Positions 10,211 through 20,227 of a stretch of DNA of 64,000 nucleotides are shown here, piece after piece. The position numbers and the translations under genes were made by a program. Position 1 is the stretch's first letter. Each line of letters opens with the position of its first letter. Source of the stretch: Candidatus Eiseniibacteriota bacterium (lineage in GTDB: Bacteria; Eisenbacteria; RBG-16-71-46; JABDJR01); NCBI GenBank assembly GCA_963762255.1, contig CAVXKA010000002.1, forward strand, positions 512,001 to 576,000, read 5' to 3'. The notes under the pieces are model-generated. The model made no database searches. It had not been told where the DNA came from and saw nothing but the letters and a program-made list of their open reading frames with translations.

Positions 10211-10372
10211 GATGCCCTCCGACGGCCAGGGTCCGTCAGGGCCCCGGTCGCAACGCTGCAGAAGCCGGCCGCGCTCCGGCCCGAATATTCGACATCCGCG
10301 CGCGGCGATCACCCACCCCGCGTCGGAACCGTTCGGCGCGCCCGGGTTCAGGGCCCCGGGCACGCCCGTACT

Positions 10373-11518
10373 CTACGCCAACTTGCGAATCTCCTCCACC
10401 CGGTTCGTGAGCTCCCAAGTGAAGCCCGGCTCGTTCCGCCCGAAGTGGCCATAGGCCGCGGTCCGGGCGAAGATCGGCTTGCGCAGATCCAGGGCGGCCA
10501 TGATCCCCCGCGGGGTGAGGTCGAAGACCTGCCTCACGATGCCCGTGAACTTGTGATCCGGGATCTTGCCCGTTCCGAAGGTATCCACCATGACCGAGAC
10601 GGGCTCGGGCACGCCGATGGCGTATGCGAGCTGGACCTCGGCCCGGTCGGCGAGCCCGGAGGCAACCAGGTTCTTGGCCACCCAGCGAGCGGCATAGCTG
10701 GCGGAGCGGTCCACCTTCGACGGATCCTTGCCGCTGAACGCGCCGCCGCCGTGGCTTCCAAACCCGCCGTAGGTGTCCACGATGATCTTGCGGCCGGTGA
10801 GACCGGTGTCGGCCTTGGGCCCCCCGAAGACGAACCGGCCGGTGGGGTTGATGTGGAACGTGATCGGGTGCTTGGGGTCGATCAGTTCCTTGGGAAGCAC
10901 AGGCATGATGACATGCTCTCGGATCTCGGCACGCATCGCCTCCATGTCGGGCACGTCGCGGTGCTGAGTGGAGACCACGACGGTGTCGATGCGAACGGGC
11001 TTGTGCCCCTCGTACTCCACGGTGACCTGACTCTTGCCGTCGGGGCGGAGGAAATCCAGCGCCTTGCTCTTGCGCAGCTCGGCCAGTCTCCGGCAGAGCT
11101 GGTGGGCGAGGGTGATGGGGAGCGGCATCAACTCCTTCGTCTCGTTGCTGGCGAACCCGAACATGAGCCCTTGATCGCCGGCCCCGCCGGTATCCACACC
11201 CATCGCGATGTCGCCGGACTGGTGGTCGATGGATGTCATCACCGCGCAGGTCTCGTAGTCGAAACCGTAGGAGGCGTCGTCATAGCCGATGCGGCGGATG
11301 GTCTCCCGGACGATATCCGGAATCTCCACGTAGGCGGAGGTGGTGATCTCCGCGGAGATGAAGGCGAGGCCGGTGGTCACCAGAGTCTCGCAGGCCACTC
11401 GGGCCTGGGGATCCTCGGCGATGATGCCGTCGAGGATGCTGTCCGAGATCTGATCCGAGACCTTGTCGGGATGCCCTTCGGTCACCGATTCCGAAGTGAA
11501 CAGATGGCGCTCCGCCAT
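10373..11518 (-). CDS. metK: S-adenosylmethionine synthetase
   Basis: [35 protein letters not shown] and YGHFG motifs; SD AAGGAG upstream of ATG 11518. Confidence 0.98.
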   Translation of the reverse strand: MAERHLFTSESVTEGHPDKVSDQISDSILDGIIAEDPQARVACETLVTTGLAFISAEITTSAYVEIPDIVRETIRRIGYDDASYGFDYETCAVMTSIDHQSGDIAMGVDTGGAGDQGLMFGFASNETKELMPLPITLAHQLCRRLAELRKSKALDFLRPDGKSQVTVEYEGHKPVRIDTVVVSTQHRDVPDMEAMRAEIREHVIMPVLPKELIDPKHPITFHINPTGRFVFGGPKADTGLTGRKIIVDTYGGFGSHGGGAFSGKDPSKVDRSASYAARWVAKNLVASGLADRAEVQLAYAIGVPEPVSVMVDTFGTGKIPDHKFTGIVRQVFDLTPRGIMAALDLRKPIFARTAAYGHFGRNEPGFTWELTNRVEEIRKLA

Positions 11519-11567
11519 GGATTCAAGCTCCTTGCATGCGTTGGGGGGTGGTCGCAAAAACCACGCG

Positions 11568-11597
11568 ATTCTAGCAGCATCGGCGCGGAGGTCACAA
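11568..11597 (-). promoter_or_regulatory. Putative sigma70 promoter of metK
   Basis: TTGTGA-18 nt-TAGAAT with extended -10 TG. Confidence 0.55.
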
Positions 11598-11608
11598 GCA
11601 AGGCCGCC

Positions 11609-12589
11609 TCAGGTCAGGAAGATCTCGCTCGAGTCCCCCACGTTGAGCCGGCGGAACGCTCCCTCGACCACCGCGTCCTCCCCGACCAGAGACGCGTCGA
11701 GAAGCACGTCCTTCACCCGCGCTCCCTCGTTCACGATCGAGTTGCGGATGACCGAGCACTCCACCACTGCCCGGGCAGCAATGGTGGCATACGGGCCGAT
11801 GATGCTGTCGCGGATGACGGCATGCGGGTCGATGGCCACTGGAGGGATCACCACGGAGCCCTCGATCCGCGGAGAGTCGGCGCCCATATCGAGAAGCTCG
11901 CGGTTGGTGGAGAGGAGGGTCTCCGGTTTCCCGCAGTCATACCACCCGTCGACCGGGAAGACCTCCATGGGAATCCCCTCCTCGAGCATGGCCTGGAGCG
12001 CATCGGTGAGCTGGTACTCGCCGCGGCTGGTCGCCTGCCGCTCGATCATGCCGGCCAGGATCCGGAACAGCGCGGGCGTATCGGTGACGTAGTAGATGCC
12101 CACGATGGCCAGACGGCTCGTCGGATGCTCGGGCTTCTCCACGAACCGCTTGACCTGCCCGCCCTCCATCTCGACGATGCCGAAACGGCGGGGATCCTCC
12201 ACCTCCTTGACCCCGATCTGGGAGATGCGCTTGTCGAGCACTTCCTGGAAGTCGACACGGAAGATGGTATCGCCGAGGACGATCAGGAGGTCCCGCTCGC
12301 CCACCGTCTCGCGGGTGAGGTGGATGGCGTGGCCGAGCCCCTCGCGCTTGGACTGTTCAACGTAGTGCACCTTCAGCGCCGGGTAGTGCTTCTCCACATA
12401 CTCGTGCACCCGCTCGCCCATGTAGCCGACCACCAGCACGAACTCCTGAACGCCCAGCGCGATCAGCTCATCGAGAATGTGGGCGACCATCGCCTTGCCG
12501 GCGACGTTGATGAGCGCCTTGGGCACGGTGTGGGTGTGCGGCCGGAGCCGCGAGCCCACCCCCGCCACCGGGATCACGGCCACGGGCAT
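11609..12589 (-). CDS. Sugar-1-phosphate nucleotidyltransferase (long glucose-1-phosphate thymidylyltransferase type, C-terminal left-handed beta helix)
   Basis: VIPVAGVGSRLRPHTHTVPK, GLGHAI, FVEKP, YQLTDAL and WYDCGK motifs, plus hexapeptide repeats. Alternative GTG start at 12601. Confidence 0.9.
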   Translation of the reverse strand: MPVAVIPVAGVGSRLRPHTHTVPKALINVAGKAMVAHILDELIALGVQEFVLVVGYMGERVHEYVEKHYPALKVHYVEQSKREGLGHAIHLTRETVGERDLLIVLGDTIFRVDFQEVLDKRISQIGVKEVEDPRRFGIVEMEGGQVKRFVEKPEHPTSRLAIVGIYYVTDTPALFRILAGMIERQATSRGEYQLTDALQAMLEEGIPMEVFPVDGWYDCGKPETLLSTNRELLDMGADSPRIEGSVVIPPVAIDPHAVIRDSIIGPYATIAARAVVECSVIRNSIVNEGARVKDVLLDASLVGEDAVVEGAFRRLNVGDSSEIFLT

Positions 12590-12597
12590 ATTCTGGT

Positions 12598-13665
12598 TCA
12601 CAATGTGTCCTTGTCGGCGGCTCGCGCCAGCCGCTCTTTGAATTCGTCCATGAGAGAGAGGCTCGCCGCGTTCGCGCCGAGCCGGTCGGCCAGGGCCACG
12701 CTCACCCAGTCGCCGGCATGGGCCAGACCCACCGCCTCCACCCAAGGATCGTCATGGGGCTCGTTCACTTCGAACACGGTGGCGCCGTGGGCGCCGAGCA
12801 CCTCCAGGAGCGCGCGCCAGCGTCGGCGCGCCGTCTCGGAGCGCGGTCGCCCGATCGCGACCGGAGCGAGCGGGAGCGTCACCGAGGCCTCCGAGGCCAG
12901 GGTCATGACCGCGTTGTGACCCGCTTCCGGAAACTCCCACACCCAGGCCGGCACCTTCGCGTTCTCGGTGAGATCAGCGGCCCAACGCTTTGCTACTGTG
13001 GCCATTAACGATTCTGTCGCCAGGAGCAACGGAAGGTTCTCGGAAAAGGTCTCGGCGAGGCTCACCGTTTCCGGACCGGCAGGTTCGGAGTGTTTACCGC
13101 GCCCGTTTGGACCGGCCGTGGGGCGGGGTCTCACCAAGACACTCGCCTCGTCGTGGCGCTCCCATCGCTCCCGCACAGAGTCCAGGTGCGCGGCCACGGC
13201 ATCCCACCCGAAGGCGGGAGCCACCCCGAGGAGTGCGGCGCAGGCGCGGACCAGATAGCCGAGCGCGGTGCGCGGGGCGAGTCCGCCCTGCACTTCCACC
13301 TCGGCGGCGGCGACCGCCCGGGCGCGATCGAGCAGCGGTCCTCCCGAGGCCACGGCGCCGCGCGCGAGGCCGCGCCGGCCCGCTTCGTCCCATACCGCCA
13401 GAGTTTCCTCGGTGCGCCCCGAGTAGGAAAGGCACAACACGGCATCGCCGTTCGCGGCCCAGGAGGGAAGGTGATCATCGCGCACCACCAGGACGCGGCG
13501 CTCCGCGGGCAAGAGCATCGACGCGAACTCGCCGGCCATGGCCGAGCCGCCCAACCCCGAGAGGATGAGGACACCGTCGGCGGTGAGCGGTCCCCCCGTG
13601 GGGTCGGGTTCGACCCTGAACTGATCGGCGAGACCCCGCACGTCGCGGCGGAAGGATGTGTTCAT
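12598..13665 (-). CDS. Bifunctional phosphoglucose/phosphomannose isomerase (SIS fold)
   Basis: GLGGSAMAG, SYSGRTEET, APR, ENAK and FPEAGHN motifs, with C-terminal FK. Confidence 0.85.
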   Translation of the reverse strand: MNTSFRRDVRGLADQFRVEPDPTGGPLTADGVLILSGLGGSAMAGEFASMLLPAERRVLVVRDDHLPSWAANGDAVLCLSYSGRTEETLAVWDEAGRRGLARGAVASGGPLLDRARAVAAAEVEVQGGLAPRTALGYLVRACAALLGVAPAFGWDAVAAHLDSVRERWERHDEASVLVRPRPTAGPNGRGKHSEPAGPETVSLAETFSENLPLLLATESLMATVAKRWAADLTENAKVPAWVWEFPEAGHNAVMTLASEASVTLPLAPVAIGRPRSETARRRWRALLEVLGAHGATVFEVNEPHDDPWVEAVGLAHAGDWVSVALADRLGANAASLSLMDEFKERLARAADKDTL

Positions 13666-15488
13666 TTTCGCGAGGCCGCGCGCCGAGGGCGCGGCGCCTT
13701 TCCGTTGGGCTCGAGAGTGAGCTGAAGGAGATCCGAGAACCGGGACCCCAGACGCTTCTCGATGAGCGCAGCCACGTCGGCGGCGTTGTGACACGCGAGG
13801 GCGTCCTTCGCCAACCAGCGGCAGTCCTCGTAGTTCAACGATCGCAGCGCCTGCTTCACCTCCGGGATCAGAGAAGGGCTCACGCTCAAGCGATCAAAGC
13901 CCAGGCCGACCAGGAGCGGAAGCGAGAGCGGATCGCCGGCCATTTCCCCGCAGATGGATACCCACTTGCCGTGGCGGTGGGCCGCGGCCACGGTCTGTTC
14001 CAGGGCACGCAGCACCGCGGGATGATGCGGCTTGTAGAGATCCTGAAGCGCCTCGTTGTCCCGGTCGATGGCGAGCAGGTACTGGATGAGATCGTTGGAC
14101 CCCACGGACAGGAAGTCCGCCTCGCGCGCGAACTCGTCGGCCATCAGAACCGCGGAGGGCACCTCGATCATGACCCCCAGAAGCGGATTCGCATCGTGCG
14201 GTATCTTCTTCTTCTTCAGCACGGCGATCGCCTCCCGCATGAGCCGCCGCGCGTAGCGAAACTCGTGGAGCGAGGAGACCATCGGGAGAAGGATCGTCGC
14301 CTTGCCGCTGGCTCCCGCGCGCAGGATCGCACGGAGCTGGGTGCGGAAGACGTCCGGATGGGCCACCAGGTAGCGGATGCCGCGCATGCCGAGGAACGGA
14401 TTGCGCTCGCGCGCCATGCCCATGTACGAGGCCATCTTGTCCCCGCCCACGTCGAGAACGCGGATGACCACGGTGTCGGGGGCCATCGCCGCCACGACCC
14501 CGGAGTAGGCCTCCACTTGTTCGTCCTCGGTGGGAGCGCGCCGTTTCCACATGAAGAAGAACTCGGTGCGGAAGAGCCCGATTCCCTCCGCTCCGCGCTG
14601 GCGGATGAAGGCGACCTCGTTGGGCATCTCCATGTTCGCCGACAGCATGATGCGCCGGCCGTCCGCGGTCTCGGCGGCCAGCCCGACGAAACGCGCATGC
14701 TGCCGCTGGAGCCTGGAAAAGGCGCGCTTGCGCGCCTGGAACCGGTCGAGCCGCTCGCGCGAAGGGTTGATCTCCAACGTCCCCTTGAAGCCGTCGAGCG
14801 CGATCACGTCCCCGTCCCGCACCGCGGCGCCCAGACCGCGCACCCCCACCACCGCGGGGATTCCGCGCGCGCGGGCCATGATGGCGGCGTGACTGGTGGT
14901 GCCTCCCGCCTCGGTGGCGAACCCGAGCACCTTGGCCGGATCGAGGAGCACCGCATCCGAGGGCGCGAGTTCCCGTCCCACCCAGACCCCGCGGCGCTGC
15001 ACCGGCGCACCGGCGGCGGTGTCTCCGCACAGATGGCGCAGCACCCGGCGCTTGACGTCGAGAAGGTCGACCGCTCGATCGCTGAAGTAGGAGTCGGAGA
15101 GCGCGGCCAGGCCGTCGATCATCTCCAGCATGTGGCGTCGAAAGAGGTACTCGACATTGCGCCGCTCCGTGCGCACCGCCTCGATCGTGCGATCTACCGC
15201 CAGCGGATCCTTGAGGACGAGGAGTTGAACGTCGAAGATCTTGGCTTCATTCTCGCCGAGTTCGTCCCGCGTGGTCTCCCGCAGGTCATCGATCTCCTTG
15301 CGCGCGCGATCCAGCGCCTGGTGGAATCGGGCCAGCTCGTCCTCTATCGCCTCGGGGGCGATCTCGCGCTCATCGACCGCGGCGATTCGCTCGTCGAGCC
15401 GGCGCACCTTGCCCACAGCGATCCCGGGCGCGACGGGAACGCCGGTGAGAATCCGCGGAGCGGCCGAGGTCTTAGGCTTCTTCGCCAA
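13662..15488 (-). CDS. ptsI: PEP-protein phosphotransferase (PTS enzyme I)
   Basis: GGTTSHAAI (phospho-His), GIGLFRTEF, ERNPFLGMRGIR, GSNDLIQY and ICGEMAG motifs. Confidence 0.97.
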   Translation of the reverse strand: MAKKPKTSAAPRILTGVPVAPGIAVGKVRRLDERIAAVDEREIAPEAIEDELARFHQALDRARKEIDDLRETTRDELGENEAKIFDVQLLVLKDPLAVDRTIEAVRTERRNVEYLFRRHMLEMIDGLAALSDSYFSDRAVDLLDVKRRVLRHLCGDTAAGAPVQRRGVWVGRELAPSDAVLLDPAKVLGFATEAGGTTSHAAIMARARGIPAVVGVRGLGAAVRDGDVIALDGFKGTLEINPSRERLDRFQARKRAFSRLQRQHARFVGLAAETADGRRIMLSANMEMPNEVAFIRQRGAEGIGLFRTEFFFMWKRRAPTEDEQVEAYSGVVAAMAPDTVVIRVLDVGGDKMASYMGMARERNPFLGMRGIRYLVAHPDVFRTQLRAILRAGASGKATILLPMVSSLHEFRYARRLMREAIAVLKKKKIPHDANPLLGVMIEVPSAVLMADEFAREADFLSVGSNDLIQYLLAIDRDNEALQDLYKPHHPAVLRALEQTVAAAHRHGKWVSICGEMAGDPLSLPLLVGLGFDRLSVSPSLIPEVKQALRSLNYEDCRWLAKDALACHNAADVAALIEKRLGSRFSDLLQLTLEPNGKAPRPRRAASRK

Positions 15489-15741
15489 ACTTGTTCTCCA
15501 CCAGAGCCTCTAGGGCGTCGAGCGCCGCTGCCGCGTCCTCCCCTTCGGCCCGCACCCGTATCGTGCTCTCGAAATAGGCGGCGAGCATGAGAACGCCCAT
15601 GATCGACTTGCCGTTCACTTCCACTCCCTCGCGCATCACATAGATCCCCGACTTGAACTTGCTGGCGAGACGGGTGAATTCAGCCGCAGCCCGGGCGTGC
15701 ATTCCCTTCTCGTTGACGATGCGATACTCGCGTGAGGGCAT
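15472..15741 (-). CDS. ptsH: Phosphocarrier protein HPr
   Basis: GMHARAA (His15) and GKSIMGVLML (Ser46). Confidence 0.96.
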   Translation of the reverse strand: MPSREYRIVNEKGMHARAAAEFTRLASKFKSGIYVMREGVEVNGKSIMGVLMLAAYFESTIRVRAEGEDAAAALDALEALVENKFGEEA

Positions 15742-15744
15742 GAG

Positions 15745-16503
15745 CTAGAACCATCCTCCGTTTTTGGCTGCGGCGACAAGGCCGACGATGATAGCGCCGA
15801 TAGCGACGAGCGTGCCACGCGATACGCGGCGGCGGCCCGCGGCGTACCCGGCCGCCACCGCGAAACCGCCGAGCCACGCCGGGCCGGAATCGGTGGCTCC
15901 GGGGCTCAGAGCGGCGATGCCGGCCGCGGCTCCTCCTGCCATCACCAGCCATGGGGCCGCGGTGAGCGCGCGCCGAAACCACCGAGACCGCACGAGGAGA
16001 TGCACGTTCTCTCCTCTGCGGTACCCCCAGAACACGCCACCCACCCTCAGGCCCAGGTGCACCGCGTTGTAGACGACGAGGAGGAACACCGCGCCCCACG
16101 CTCCGGTCAGGAGAGCGATCGCGCTCCCCCCCAACCCAGCCAGTGGCCTGGCGCCCCCCCAGACCATGGCATCGCCCGCCGCCGCAAAGGGACCTTCGAG
16201 ACCCTTCTTGAGCCGTACGACCCGGTCGAGTGCGACAGCATCCCCCGCCGCGGCCCGCTCCTCCAGGCGGACCACCGCTCCCAGGATCGGACCGGCCATC
16301 GCCGGGTTCGTATTGAACATCGCGAGATGGCGCTGCAAGAACAGCCGGCGCGTTTCGAAATCGGGCCAGAGTACCGCTGCAGGCGCCAGAGCGGACGCCA
16401 CCCCCAGAGCCTGCCTCCGCTCGGGGTTGTACGCAGCCTGAAGGAACAGGCCTCCCCAAGCCACGCGAGCGACGAGCCCCCGGCGACGGCGCACCTCGGT
16501 CAT
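15745..16503 (-). CDS. PTS mannose/fructose/sorbose family IID component
   Basis: LQAAYNPERRQALG, RHLAMFNTNP, GPFAAAGD and GYRRG motifs; ATG at 16503 overlaps the IIC stop. Confidence 0.9.
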   Translation of the reverse strand: MTEVRRRRGLVARVAWGGLFLQAAYNPERRQALGVASALAPAAVLWPDFETRRLFLQRHLAMFNTNPAMAGPILGAVVRLEERAAAGDAVALDRVVRLKKGLEGPFAAAGDAMVWGGARPLAGLGGSAIALLTGAWGAVFLLVVYNAVHLGLRVGGVFWGYRRGENVHLLVRSRWFRRALTAAPWLVMAGGAAAGIAALSPGATDSGPAWLGGFAVAAGYAAGRRRVSRGTLVAIGAIIVGLVAAAKNGGWF

Positions 16504-17210
16504 CGCAGCCCCCAGATCGCCGCCGCTCCGACCAGGGTCACGACAAGCCAGAGGAGTCCGCGACCCCGCCGCTCGACCAGGGTCATGGTATGGCCCAGAC
16601 CCGCCCCGAAAACCGGCACGGCCACCCACCGCCCATCCGCGACGGGCGCGCGCTCGGCGAGGTTCAGGCCGGCGAGCCCTGCCAATAGACCCAGTGCCGC
16701 CAGGACAATGCCCAGCAGCACGCTCTGAAGGACACCCGTCAAGTTGGCTCGTACCACACCGCCGGGCGATCCCGCGTCCGCGGCGGCGAGCGCTCGCTCG
16801 ACCAGACCGGTGCGGTTCCGCCGTTTCCACATGACAAGCGCGCGTCCGGCCTCGGCGGCTACGAACGCCGCCATGAGCGCCGCGGCGAGCGATGCTGCAT
16901 CGGGGATGCGGAGTGCGCCCCAGGTCGAGGCTCGAGGCGCGGACATCGTCGCCACTCCCACCGCGGCCACCGTTGCCGGTCCCACCACGGGGAAGGACGC
17001 GCCTCCCAGGGCATAGGCCCGCCCCCAAACCAACTGCAGGGTCAAACCCACGCCGAGCCCTAGCATCGGCTCCCCCATCACCCACCCTCCGAGCCAACCC
17101 GCCACGAGCGGCTGACTCACCATGATCTGCAGGGCGGCCGTGGTGTCCGCGCCGACCCAGCCGGCGAGCAGCAAGAGACCCGCGAGTTGCGGAGGCGTGG
17201 GAACGCTCAG
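16500..17210 (-). CDS. PTS mannose/fructose/sorbose family IIC component
   Basis: QIMVSQPLV, GEPMLGL.VG..LQL.W and GGAS.P motifs; multi-TM. Start is uncertain (CTG 17210 with SD, or TTG 17174). Confidence 0.87.
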   Translation of the reverse strand: MSVPTPPQLAGLLLLAGWVGADTTAALQIMVSQPLVAGWLGGWVMGEPMLGLGVGLTLQLVWGRAYALGGASFPVVGPATVAAVGVATMSAPRASTWGALRIPDAASLAAALMAAFVAAEAGRALVMWKRRNRTGLVERALAAADAGSPGGVVRANLTGVLQSVLLGIVLAALGLLAGLAGLNLAERAPVADGRWVAVPVFGAGLGHTMTLVERRGRGLLWLVVTLVGAAAIWGLR

Positions 17211-19348
17211 AGCCGGCTGACCTCCAGGCGGAAGTCGAGCCGCCGCCGCTCCCGCGGGGCAAGCATCAACCGCCAGTTGGGGAGAAGGGACGAGGACTGG
17301 TAGATGCGCTCGAAGCCCGCTTCAGACAGCGACACCGTCTCTACCGGCACCCGCCACAGGAGCGCGGGCTCTTCGAAGGTGAGGCGCACTTCGAAGCCGC
17401 GGTGGCGATCGACGAGGCCCACCGATGTCGTCCCCTCGGTTTCGCCCATCGAATTGAATGCCGAAGCTTCGTCGGGCACCCCGGCGATCCGGTAACGATG
17501 ATCCGGCGAGTCTCCCGCGAGCATGGCGAAGTTCCACTCCACGCCGAACCAGGTCTCCAGGGGTTGCTCGTCGAGGTTCTCCAGGTGGTAGGTCACGTCC
17601 AGGAACGCGCCCCGCGAGCCGATGCGCACTTGCTTCTCCACGCTCACCCGGCGGGCTTCTCCGTCCTTCCACACCCGGCCGCTGCGCCGCAGCGAGACGA
17701 TGCGGTCTCCGCTACGCTCGACGGTACCCGCCTCGTAGGCGCCGGTCAGAAAATCCCCTTGCTCCCCGTAATCGCCGCGGTGGAACGCCTCGATGGTCGC
17801 GTCCGAACGCAGGAAGTGATCGAGCAACGACACCCGGCGGTAGCGATCGTAGTGCAGGTATCGCTCCAGCCCCGCCTCCTTGCTGAGGACGAGATCGTGG
17901 ATGCTCTTGGTGCCGCCGTTGTCGTCGTGGGTCTCCCCGGCGGAAACCGCCTGGCGCACCTTATCGTGGTAGGCCTCGGGGCGGCGGGAGAGACCGTTGC
18001 CCAGCGCCACCCGGAGTGGCTTGACGCTCGTCTCCTGCAAACCCCCGCCTTCTCCCGGCGCCAGTACCAGCGTGAGATCGGGGTTGGTGAGGAACACCTC
18101 GCGATCGCCGTCGCAATCGAAATCGACCCGCTCGACTTCGGTCCAGGGCGCGTTGCCGAGGCGCGCGCGGTCGGCTTCCTCTTCCGCTTCGAGGATGCGC
18201 TCGTAGAGTGCGTTGCGCAGGTGCGGCAGGTAGAGCCCGCCGAAGACCCCGTGCCAGTAGGCACAGTTGCACTGGGCCGACCAGAGAAGATCCATCGCCT
18301 TCTCCCGGACGGCGCGGGAGTGATCGTCTATCCGCTCCACCTTGCGGCGCACCATGAGCATGCGCTTGTTGATGTGGTCGCTCTCCGGATAGCGCGCGAA
18401 GAAGTTCCGCCAGAAGCCGCCCCGCACGAACTCGGCGTTGCCGTTCTCCTCGCGCAGCACGCGTTCGTGGAAGGCGTGGAACCGGCGCTGCGACTCGGGG
18501 GGCATCGCCCACTCCATCATCTCTTCGTAGGACGCGGTCGGAAGGTACACCTTGCCGAGAGGAGGAACGGTGCCGAGCACCTCGGAGGGGAAGCGCGATC
18601 GGATCCATTCCTGATTCGCTTCGAGAGCCTCGAAGAATCGGGCCAGCCAGCCCTGCTCGTATACATGGACGTATGTGTTGGGCCACACACCGAACTTCTC
18701 GCCGTCGTCGCCTAGCAGCGCCACACGCCCGGGCTCCTCCTCCGCGAGATCGCGGAGAAGCGCGATCGTCTCCTCCACCGGGCGGAAGGGAATGGCGTAG
18801 CGGAGCTGCTTGGAGATCGGGAAGACGTGCAGCGGCACCCCCTGGTCCTCGGTGAGGTAGTGCCCCCAGAGTCGGTCGCGGGACAGGCCGGCGGCGATGA
18901 AGTGGGTGTCGTCCGTCATCGTGTAGCGCACGCCCGCGCGCGCGAGCGCTCCCACCATGGAGGGCTCCCACACCCGCTCGGTCAGCCAGAGACCGATGGG
19001 TCGCTGCCCGTAGCGGTGGGAAAGCCACTCGCTGAGCTTGCGCACCTGTCCCTCGCGGTCGGCCTCCGGAATGGAAGAGAGCACCGGCTCGTAGTAGCCG
19101 CCGGTCAGGAGTTCGATCTGGCCGCGATCGACCAGGGCGCCCAACTGATCCAGGTATTCGGGGCGATGCTCCCGGAACCAGTCGATCAGGCAGCCCGAGT
19201 TGTGCAGCGCGACCTTCACGCCGGGGTAGCGCGACAGCACTTCAAGAAAGGGGCGGTAGGATTTCTGGTAGGCGTCTTCCACCACGTTGTCGAAGTTGCC
19301 CACCGGCTGGTGATTATGAATCGCCAGCAGGAAGTTGATCGTATTCAA
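17207..19348 (-). CDS. GH57 alpha-amylase/4-alpha-glucanotransferase (DUF1925/DUF1926 C-terminal domains)
   Basis: HNHQPVGN, GGYYEP, WLTERVWEP (nucleophile Glu), GDDGEKFG (acid/base Asp), AQCNCAYWHGVFGGLYLPHLR and SEAGFERIYQ motifs. TTG start at 19348 with SD GGAGGG; no signal peptide. Confidence 0.95.
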   Translation of the reverse strand: MNTINFLLAIHNHQPVGNFDNVVEDAYQKSYRPFLEVLSRYPGVKVALHNSGCLIDWFREHRPEYLDQLGALVDRGQIELLTGGYYEPVLSSIPEADREGQVRKLSEWLSHRYGQRPIGLWLTERVWEPSMVGALARAGVRYTMTDDTHFIAAGLSRDRLWGHYLTEDQGVPLHVFPISKQLRYAIPFRPVEETIALLRDLAEEEPGRVALLGDDGEKFGVWPNTYVHVYEQGWLARFFEALEANQEWIRSRFPSEVLGTVPPLGKVYLPTASYEEMMEWAMPPESQRRFHAFHERVLREENGNAEFVRGGFWRNFFARYPESDHINKRMLMVRRKVERIDDHSRAVREKAMDLLWSAQCNCAYWHGVFGGLYLPHLRNALYERILEAEEEADRARLGNAPWTEVERVDFDCDGDREVFLTNPDLTLVLAPGEGGGLQETSVKPLRVALGNGLSRRPEAYHDKVRQAVSAGETHDDNGGTKSIHDLVLSKEAGLERYLHYDRYRRVSLLDHFLRSDATIEAFHRGDYGEQGDFLTGAYEAGTVERSGDRIVSLRRSGRVWKDGEARRVSVEKQVRIGSRGAFLDVTYHLENLDEQPLETWFGVEWNFAMLAGDSPDHRYRIAGVPDEASAFNSMGETEGTTSVGLVDRHRGFEVRLTFEEPALLWRVPVETVSLSEAGFERIYQSSSLLPNWRLMLAPRERRRLDFRLEVSRL

Positions 19349-19826
19349 GTCGTCCCTCCGCGAGCGCGGCATTGATGTTCACCGCCGGATGGCCGGGGAG
19401 ATCCTGTCCGACGACGCGGATCCCCATCGCGTCCAGTTCCCTGAACGCGGCGATGTCCTCCGGAGTGAGGTAGAGATAGTCGAGGAACCGGCGCGCGCCA
19501 CGACGAGGGTGGAGTCCGCCCAGGTTCACCTCGCGGATCGGGGCCCCGCCCCGAACCAGATCCAAAACGACGGCGGGAGAGCGTACCAGGAGGATCGCCC
19601 GGCCCGGAAGCCCTTCAGCGAGGCGGCGGGCGGCGGCGGCGGCGTCCAGCGCCTCCGCCGCGACGTCGGGGGGCGCCCCCGAGAGGACGATATCGCGCTC
19701 CCACGCGTCGGCGGCAAGATGATCGTCAGCAACGAGGATGCGATCGAAATCGAGGGCCCCGCGCACGCCCATCACCACCTGCCCGTGGATGAGCCGTTCG
19801 TCCACCCGCGCGAGGAGGAGGCTCAT
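19314..19826 (-). CDS. PTS mannose/sorbose family IIB component
   Basis: RVDERLIHGQV (phospho-His), VNLGG and QDLP motifs. Confidence 0.93.
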   Translation of the reverse strand: MSLLLARVDERLIHGQVVMGVRGALDFDRILVADDHLAADAWERDIVLSGAPPDVAAEALDAAAAARRLAEGLPGRAILLVRSPAVVLDLVRGGAPIREVNLGGLHPRRGARRFLDYLYLTPEDIAAFRELDAMGIRVVGQDLPGHPAVNINAALAEGRLEYDQLPAGDS

Positions 19827-20227
19827 TGCCGCATCCCTCCGAGATAGACCTCCACGCCGCCCCGTCCGCGTTCGCTCAGATGGCGCACGAACGCCGCGAT
19901 GCTGTCGGTCTTGTGGGATCGCGCCACCGCGAGGAGGATGGGCAGGTTCACTCCGGCCACGATGCCCACGTCGTCGCGGCCCCGAGCCACGATCCGCGCA
20001 GCCTGGCAGCAAGAGCCGAAATCCACATCGGCGAGGATGAGCGCCGGACCGGGGTGGGCATCCAGCCACCGGTGGATAAGTTCCTCGAGCGCTTCCTTGC
20101 CCAGGCCCTGGTTGGAGAGCGCATCGACCCCGGGGCGAAATCCAAGAATGGACGCCGCGCCTTCCAGGAGTCCCTCCCCGAAGCCGGGGTGCGAGACGAG
20201 CAGAACGGGAAAGGGCAGCGCCGTCAC
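19823..20227 (-). CDS. PTS mannose/fructose family IIA component
   Basis: LLVSHPGFGEGLL (His), ILADVDFGS and AGVNLPILL motifs. Confidence 0.9.
   Translation of the reverse strand: MTALPFPVLLVSHPGFGEGLLEGAASILGFRPGVDALSNQGLGKEALEELIHRWLDAHPGPALILADVDFGSCCQAARIVARGRDDVGIVAGVNLPILLAVARSHKTDSIAAFVRHLSERGRGGVEVYLGGMRQ

Noticed and set aside
11519-11608. SAM riboswitch or SahR operator upstream of metK
   Set aside because: The leader is too short for a riboswitch and has no ATATC-N10-GATAT motif; only a sigma70-like promoter is visible.
8444-12919. Very long plus-strand ORFs (1491 aa here; also 455..2095, 40576..43575, 28096..29901 and others)
   Set aside because: Antisense shadows of well-identified minus-strand genes, expected at high GC3; no recognisable domains.
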